10,083 bases of DNA. Origin: Verrucomicrobiota bacterium. Lineage in GTDB: Bacteria; Verrucomicrobiota; Verrucomicrobiia; Opitutales; Coraliomargaritaceae. This document shows positions 5,117-10,083 of this stretch, piece after piece; the stretch's first letter is position 1; each line of letters opens with the position of its first letter. Below the pieces are notes generated by a model. That model made no database searches, had not been told where the DNA came from, and saw nothing but the letters and a program-made list of their open reading frames with translations. A program made the position numbers and the translations under genes. The DNA lies in NCBI GenBank assembly GCA_039045675.1, contig JBCCKC010000076.1:1-10083 (forward strand), given 5' to 3'.

Positions 5117-5599
5117 ATGAAACGACGCCCCCTTACCCTCTGTTTCATTCTTTGTGTATTTTCTGCCCTCTATTTTTGGAAAGTCCGCGACGAATGGAAA
5201 TCCGAAAACCGCACCACGCAAAAGGTATCCGAAAGCGATTCCCATATACACCGGCAAGAGCCTTCGCCTCCGAATGAATTGGTCGAGATTGATCCAGCCC
5301 AGAAAAGCCAGGCGTCGATCAGAGAAGGTCATGACTTCAATTCAATCCGTAGGATGATGCGGAGGGATCCCAGCTTAACGGTTTCCGTTTTGCGCCCGGA
5401 TGGTTCCGAGAAGGTAAATCTACAGGGAACCTATCAAACCGCTTCAATGGCTCGCCTGAAATCTGATGGATCCATCGAGGTGACCTGCTTTGAAAGTTTT
5501 AACCCCGCCCGAGACTTTCTGCTCTACGAAGATGTTGATCGCGCCCCGTCGAATCCGGCAAGCGTTTTAGATTCGAAAAGAAACGTCGCCGAGGAATGA
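5117..5599 (+). CDS. Hypothetical membrane-anchored or secreted protein (~160 aa), translationally coupled to the downstream metalloprotease
   Basis: ATG at 5117 gives MKRRPLTLCFILCVFSALYFWKV, a positively charged N-terminus plus a hydrophobic helix (signal peptide or signal anchor). The ORF track starts at a TTG at 5099. The stop TGA overlaps the next gene's ATG (ATGA at 5596-5599). No recognisable domain. Confidence 0.5.
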   Translation: MKRRPLTLCFILCVFSALYFWKVRDEWKSENRTTQKVSESDSHIHRQEPSPPNELVEIDPAQKSQASIREGHDFNSIRRMMRRDPSLTVSVLRPDGSEKVNLQGTYQTASMARLKSDGSIEVTCFESFNPARDFLLYEDVDRAPSNPASVLDSKRNVAEE

Positions 5600-7410
5600 A
5601 TCATTTAGAAAGTATACTAATTCTGTCTGCCCTTTCGATTTTTGCCGGATCACCATCCGAGGCGGCAAACTTCAGTTTCAATTACACTGATTCGAACGGA
5701 TTTGGATTCTTTGATAACACGCCAGTCGATCCGGTTGGTGGCAATACGGGGACAACACTCGGTGAGCAACGACGCATCCTGCTTGAACAAGCTGCAAGCG
5801 TCTGGGGTAGCTATCTGGAGAGTGGTCAAACGATCGTAATCGAAGCACGTTTCCTGCAGCTTGGAGGTACACAATTCAGTGCAACGCTCGCATTTGCGGG
5901 GCCTGAATCGCTTTTCAGAAATTTCTCCGGGGCACCAATGGCGAATGTCTACTATGTCTCTGCACTTGCCGACAGCTTATCCGGATCTGAAAATGAACCG
6001 GGATTTCCCGATTTATCCGTCACCATAAACGAATCTGTTGATTCAAATCCGACCGTACTCGGAGGTGGCGGGTTTTACTATGGTCTCGATAATGAAGCAC
6101 CAGGTAACCAAGCGGACTTGCTCTCTACTCTGCTCCATGAAATCGGCCACGGCCTCGGCTTTCTCTCCACTGTAAGCGATACGACCGGACAGCTCTTCAA
6201 TGGCAGTCCCGATAGTTTTTCACTCTTGATCCACGATGAGGAGACAGAGGAGGCATGGATCGATATGACGAACGCAGAGCGGGCAAATTCTGCAATCAAC
6301 GATCCCGACGTGACTTTCCTCGGTCCAGCGACAGCGCAGGCGAAAGCACGACAGCTAAAACCAGAATTTGGCGGCGCAGTCGTAAACCATATCAATTCGA
6401 GCGGTGCAACAATCACCGCTTTCTCTGCTCAATCCGGTAATTTCGGATGGGGTATTCCCAATTGGAGCCTTTCCGGGAGACTCGTTCTCGTTGATGACGG
6501 CTCTGGAGTAACCAGCGATGCCTGCCAGGGACCATTTATCAATGAAGAAGAAGTTCTCGGACAAATTGTTTTAATCGACCGGGGAAACTGCAATTTCGAT
6601 GAAAAAGTAGCTAGAGCTCAGGACGCAGGAGCAATCGCCGTCATCATCGCCAATAACCAAGGAAATAATCTCGTAACGATGTTCGGAAATGATGAAAGCA
6701 TCACAATCCCCTCGGTCTTTGTGGGACAAAGCGACGGGAATACTTTGAAAGCACTAGCTGCCGGCTCTCTGGTCGAGATTGACTACACGGCGGAAAGAGC
6801 AGGCACGCAAAACGGCAATATACGCCTGCACGCACCAAACCCGGTTGCCTCGGGCTCGAGTATCTCTCATTGGTCCAGCGATACGTATCCAGATCTATTG
6901 ATGGAGCCAAGCATCTCTGATGCACGCCTCCCTCAACTCGATCTCACCATTCTTGCTATGCGAGATATTGGATGGTCGATCACTGGAATCGAAATTCCTT
7001 ACCTTTCCTACGACATTTGGGCTTCGGAAGAGATTTCCGGGCCCAATACAGGACGAACTCAGGACGCTGATGGCGATAACTTTACAAATTTTTTCGAATA
7101 TGCATTCGATACCAACCCTGAGGAGTCCAGCGATACACCAACCACCCCGGTGATCCAAATAAACCAATCATCAAGTAGTTTGTTTGAGATCGATTATAAT
7201 CGAAATCGGCTCGCCGGCGATGTGATCTACAACCTGAGACAAACGAACGATCTCACCGTCCCAAACACAAGCCCGATCTACGGGGACGTCCATCGGCAAA
7301 CCGACGTGACCAACATCGGTGAATCGAGTCAAATCATAGAATGGGAGATCGAAAGCACTGCTCAGAATGAATTCTATTCGATTGAAGCAGTAGAATTTCA
7401 GGAGCAGTAA
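5596..7410 (+). CDS. Secreted zinc metalloprotease (HExxH) with an embedded PA (protease-associated) domain and a C-terminal Ca-binding-like segment, 604 aa
   Basis: N-terminal signal peptide MNHLESILILSALSIFAGSPSEA. Zinc motif HEIGHGLGF (HExxHxxGF, with no third His in the metzincin position). PA-domain signature ...IVLIDRGNCNFDEKVARAQDAGAIAVIIANNQGN...PSVFVGQSDG... Also SISHWSSD/LMEP and a C-terminal DADGDNFTNFFEYAFD segment. A weak GAGG sits upstream of the ATG. Confidence 0.85.
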   Translation: MNHLESILILSALSIFAGSPSEAANFSFNYTDSNGFGFFDNTPVDPVGGNTGTTLGEQRRILLEQAASVWGSYLESGQTIVIEARFLQLGGTQFSATLAFAGPESLFRNFSGAPMANVYYVSALADSLSGSENEPGFPDLSVTINESVDSNPTVLGGGGFYYGLDNEAPGNQADLLSTLLHEIGHGLGFLSTVSDTTGQLFNGSPDSFSLLIHDEETEEAWIDMTNAERANSAINDPDVTFLGPATAQAKARQLKPEFGGAVVNHINSSGATITAFSAQSGNFGWGIPNWSLSGRLVLVDDGSGVTSDACQGPFINEEEVLGQIVLIDRGNCNFDEKVARAQDAGAIAVIIANNQGNNLVTMFGNDESITIPSVFVGQSDGNTLKALAAGSLVEIDYTAERAGTQNGNIRLHAPNPVASGSSISHWSSDTYPDLLMEPSISDARLPQLDLTILAMRDIGWSITGIEIPYLSYDIWASEEISGPNTGRTQDADGDNFTNFFEYAFDTNPEESSDTPTTPVIQINQSSSSLFEIDYNRNRLAGDVIYNLRQTNDLTVPNTSPIYGDVHRQTDVTNIGESSQIIEWEIESTAQNEFYSIEAVEFQEQ

Positions 7411-7615
7411 TCTCTCTTTAAACTCGACTCATCCGGGATGAAACAAGGAAACCTTTGCGAGACATTTGGCCGATGCTAAGAGTGTCTACCCAGAAAAGAC
7501 CGTAAAAAATAATGGCCCAATTTTTTATTCATCATTGAGATGACGTTTTTATAACGAGTCAGACAAACGACTCAGGTTCCATCCCGGGAGAGTGCCCACA
7601 GAGATCATGAATCGG

Positions 7616-7906
7616 CTAAGCCGACTTATCTTTCGAAATTGACATTTCGAAAAGAGGTAAATGCTCCTCATGCACCTGAAGACGGTTTACGATTTCTTCG
7701 CACTGTGACGGGCTACATGTAAGGTAGAGCTCAGCACCGTCCTCGGACTCAAGCCCGATCCAGAGTTTCACATTCTCATAGTGCAAAAGCAACCAGCTAA
7801 GCGCCTCATGCATTGCAACGCCGTCGGTTGGAAATTCGTAGAAATCTGCTTTTCGATCACTATGTGACCAAGCGACTGACTTGGGGTTATTGAGCGGTGC
7901 GGCCAC
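7616..7906 (-). CDS. Hypothetical protein (96 aa, GTG start)
   Basis: ORF from the track, convergent with the metalloprotease gene. No domain recognised. GTG start with no RBS. Sits immediately downstream (on the minus strand) of the hybrid kinase gene. Confidence 0.3.
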   Translation of the reverse strand: MAAPLNNPKSVAWSHSDRKADFYEFPTDGVAMHEALSWLLLHYENVKLWIGLESEDGAELYLTCSPSQCEEIVNRLQVHEEHLPLFEMSISKDKSA

Positions 7907-8028
7907 GGTTAGATAATGAAAACACTACTCGTTATCACACAAGTCTTTCGTCCTGTGGCAATCCTGCTTTAATCTTTTTTTACGGCGACTGAATTTTTCT
8001 ACCTATTCCAGATCAATTACACCCTATT

Positions 8029-9891
8029 TTACACACTTGAAATAACGGCAGAAGGGAGCGAGCTCTCGCTATGCAGCGGAGCAAAAATCACCTCCCGTTG
8101 TTGCAGGGAAAGTTCAAGCGCGTTTCTAAAATCCGCAAAGACAAAGGGTTTACTAAAGTAGTGGTTCATCCCGACATTCAGGCATTTTTCGCGATCTCCA
8201 GACATAGCATGAGCCGTTACCGCCGTTATAAATATATCCTTACAACGGACACCTGCATTACCCTTCCGGATTTCCTGAGTCGCGACATAGCCATCCATGA
8301 CCGGCATTTGGCAATCCATGAAGATACAATCGAAAGTATCGTTTCTGAGGTATTCAAGAGCTGTTTTCCCATTATCTGCGATGGAGACTTTGCAGTTCAG
8401 CTTAAGCAGAAGCCTGCGTGCAAGCTGTTGGTTAACGATGTTGTCCTCAACAAGTAGTACGTGGATACCTGAGTAGTCCTTGCGGTTTCCTTTCACCTCA
8501 GGAGTGCACTTCAACTTTTGCTTGATCGGCTCATGAGCCTTTTGAACACCTTCCTCAAGATGAGGTGGAAATGGGATAACAAAGGAAAATGTGCTACCAC
8601 CGCTAGCTGGGCTATCGTGTTCAATCTCTCCACCCAGGATATCGACGAGACTCTTACAGATGGAAAGTCCAAGCCCAGTCCCGCCATACTTACGAACATG
8701 AGACCCATCAACCTGCGTAAACGGCTCAAATAGATCTGCTGTCTTATTGGGTGGAATTCCGATTCCGTTATCGCTTACTTCCGTCAGAATTGCCGGACCA
8801 TCGTGGTATTCGACCGTGGTCAAATAGACCTCAATCATCCCAGCATCTGTAAATTTTACAGCGTTGCTGATCAAATTATTCAGAATTTGCTGATACCGAT
8901 GCGGATCGCCCAAAACCCAGGCTGGGGTATCATCAAAATTGACAATCAGATCGATTTCTTTCTCTGAGGCCGACTCTGCATAGAGGGCTGCCGAAGATTC
9001 CACGACCTCCGTTAAATTAAAAGGCATGCTCTCGACGGTAAATTTACCCGCTTCGATTTTTGAGAAGTCGAGGATATCGTTGATGATACGCATGAGCGTC
9101 TCTGCACTGCTCAATGCAGTAGTCACTAACTGATCTTGCTCCTCATCAAGATTCGTATCGTAGAGTAGATCAATCATCCCAAAGACGCCGTTCATTGGAG
9201 TTCGAATCTCATGACTCATGTTTGCTAAAAATTGGCTCTTCATCCGTACTCCTTCGAGCGCCTGGTCGCGCGAGATCGCCAACTTCTCGTTCGTCAGTTC
9301 CAGATCGCGCTTCACCTTGATAACCTGACTGTGTTGAAGCGCGATGCGTTCTTTCTGCACTCGGAGCTCCTGCATGTGCTTACCGACGAAGCCGTGCATA
9401 AGACGAGTTATTGCAGTCGAGGAAATCAGTCCAAAATAGGATCCATCGTGGTTCGCCAGAATAACGTGCTCATTCAATCGTGCGTCTGATCGAGTAAACG
9501 CTGAATCAAACACGACGTCCAATTCCGTTCCGTATTCGATAATCAAGGGATCAGAAATGATTAGATCCTCACTTAGAGTGGTTGGCGCTGCCTCCTCAGA
9601 CTTCGATTTTTTCTGAAACAGCCCCCGTTTGGCGGGCTCGGCAGCGGGCGGCCTCTCCGCACGACGGACTAACCCAACCGGAACTTCACCACGCAGGACC
9701 GCAAAATATCGGCTGTCGTTTTGTTCAGACAGCTCATACAGCGCCTCCATATCCGCATCGATCGGGATACTTAACCGGTGACAGACCAACATTTTGAGGT
9801 CTGTAGGCTTCAATGTCTGGGGTGATGGCATTAGATAAGTATCAGGTTTATTACTTAAAACCATGTTAAAAACCAACTGCAAGCAACCCAC
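8029..9891 (-). CDS. Hybrid sensor histidine kinase/response regulator (cytoplasmic; N-terminal CBS-like sensor, HisKA, HATPase_c, C-terminal REC)
   Basis: H-box FLANMSHEIRTPMNGVFGMIDLL. ATPase N/G-boxes (ISNAVKFTDAGMIEV..., VSDNGIGIPPNKTADLFEPF, GGTGLGLSICKSLVDILGG). Receiver domain IHVLLVEDNIVNQQ...FDCIFMDCQMPVMDGY...SKP. The N-terminal ~220 aa has two CBS-like segments (YFAVLRGEVPVGLVRR; ILANHDGSYFGLISSTAITRLM) split by a low-complexity linker, and no TM helices. Start is either GTG 9891 or ATG 9864. Confidence 0.9.
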   Translation of the reverse strand: MGCLQLVFNMVLSNKPDTYLMPSPQTLKPTDLKMLVCHRLSIPIDADMEALYELSEQNDSRYFAVLRGEVPVGLVRRAERPPAAEPAKRGLFQKKSKSEEAAPTTLSEDLIISDPLIIEYGTELDVVFDSAFTRSDARLNEHVILANHDGSYFGLISSTAITRLMHGFVGKHMQELRVQKERIALQHSQVIKVKRDLELTNEKLAISRDQALEGVRMKSQFLANMSHEIRTPMNGVFGMIDLLYDTNLDEEQDQLVTTALSSAETLMRIINDILDFSKIEAGKFTVESMPFNLTEVVESSAALYAESASEKEIDLIVNFDDTPAWVLGDPHRYQQILNNLISNAVKFTDAGMIEVYLTTVEYHDGPAILTEVSDNGIGIPPNKTADLFEPFTQVDGSHVRKYGGTGLGLSICKSLVDILGGEIEHDSPASGGSTFSFVIPFPPHLEEGVQKAHEPIKQKLKCTPEVKGNRKDYSGIHVLLVEDNIVNQQLARRLLLKLNCKVSIADNGKTALEYLRNDTFDCIFMDCQMPVMDGYVATQEIRKGNAGVRCKDIFITAVTAHAMSGDREKCLNVGMNHYFSKPFVFADFRNALELSLQQREVIFAPLHSESSLPSAVISSV

Positions 9892-9924
9892 AAGAACACC
9901 CAGTTCGGGTATTCAACGTAGAAT

Positions 9925-10083
9925 TTAACTGGCTTTTACACTTTCTTGACAACCTAACTTCTTTATCAAATGAGAAGCTGCCAGGAAACCCATTGCCCCA
10001 GTAACAAAAGTAGCTGAACCAAAACCTTCGTCACAATTTAGACGATAATCGGCACCTGCTCGGCGTTCATCAGAAACGCTTCC
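9925..10083 (-). CDS. 3' end of an upstream minus-strand gene (C-terminal 52 aa: ...GSVSDERRAGADYRLNCDEGFGSATFVTGAMGFLAASHLIKKLGCQESVKAS)
   Basis: The frame is open from the window edge to a TAA (reverse complement of 9925-9927), only 33 nt upstream of the kinase start, which suggests an operon. Too short for the ORF track, and its function is unknown. Confidence 0.3.
   Translation of the reverse strand, partial: GSVSDERRAGADYRLNCDEGFGSATFVTGAMGFLAASHLIKKLGCQESVKAS

Noticed and set aside
5642-7167. Short ORFs on both strands inside the metalloprotease gene (for example 6078-6416 on the minus strand, 6920-7153 on the + strand)
   Set aside because: They overlap a long ORF that carries a signal peptide, HExxH and PA-domain motifs. 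There is no independent support.
8071-9797. Several + strand ORFs (8071-8457, 8518-8733, 9232-9489, 9582-9797) and the small minus-strand ORF 8511-8729
   Set aside because: All are embedded in or antisense to the 620-aa hybrid histidine kinase gene, which has complete HisKA, HATPase and REC motifs. They are shadow ORFs.
1-10083. CRISPR arrays, rRNA genes, IS transposase or integrase genes
   Set aside because: No regularly spaced direct repeats were found, no rRNA-like sequence, and no transposase, integrase or recombinase ORF. The only repeat family is the dispersed ~30-42 nt inverted-repeat element reported above.

Overview
This window reads as a roughly 50% GC bacterial locus in which most genes lack a Shine-Dalgarno sequence. 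From left to right it holds the following. (1) The 3' end of trmA (tRNA m5U54 methyltransferase), bases 1-576. (2) An AT-rich, gene-poor stretch with two small Cys-containing ORFs and a strong rho-independent terminator. (3) About 280 nt of heavily structured non-coding sequence. (4) A cluster of five + strand tRNA genes (His, Lys, Met, Glu-like, Gln). Every one has a non-canonical T-loop (T-G-C instead of T-Psi-C), most have an atypical D-loop, and most have one mismatch in a stem. Four copies of a ~30-42 nt repeat in alternating orientation are interleaved with this cluster. (5) A GxxExxY-family (PD-(D/E)xK-like) small protein gene bracketed precisely by an inverted pair of that repeat. (6) A second cluster of three tRNAs with canonical TTCGAAT-type T-loops (Asn-like, Met/Ile2-CAT, class-II Leu whose anticodon reads AAG). 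(7) A 430-nt non-coding stretch that contains a fragment resembling the tRNA-Leu T-arm. (8) An SPFH/Band-7 protein gene with a clean terminator. (9) A translationally coupled pair: a small membrane-anchored protein and a secreted HExxH zinc metalloprotease with a PA domain. (10) On the minus strand, a small hypothetical ORF, a cytoplasmic hybrid sensor histidine kinase/response regulator, and the 3' end of another gene. The most unusual signal is the non-canonical tRNA array interleaved with a repeat family and the GxxExxY cassette. tRNA coordinates and anticodons were folded by hand and need tRNAscan-SE or ARAGORN confirmation.
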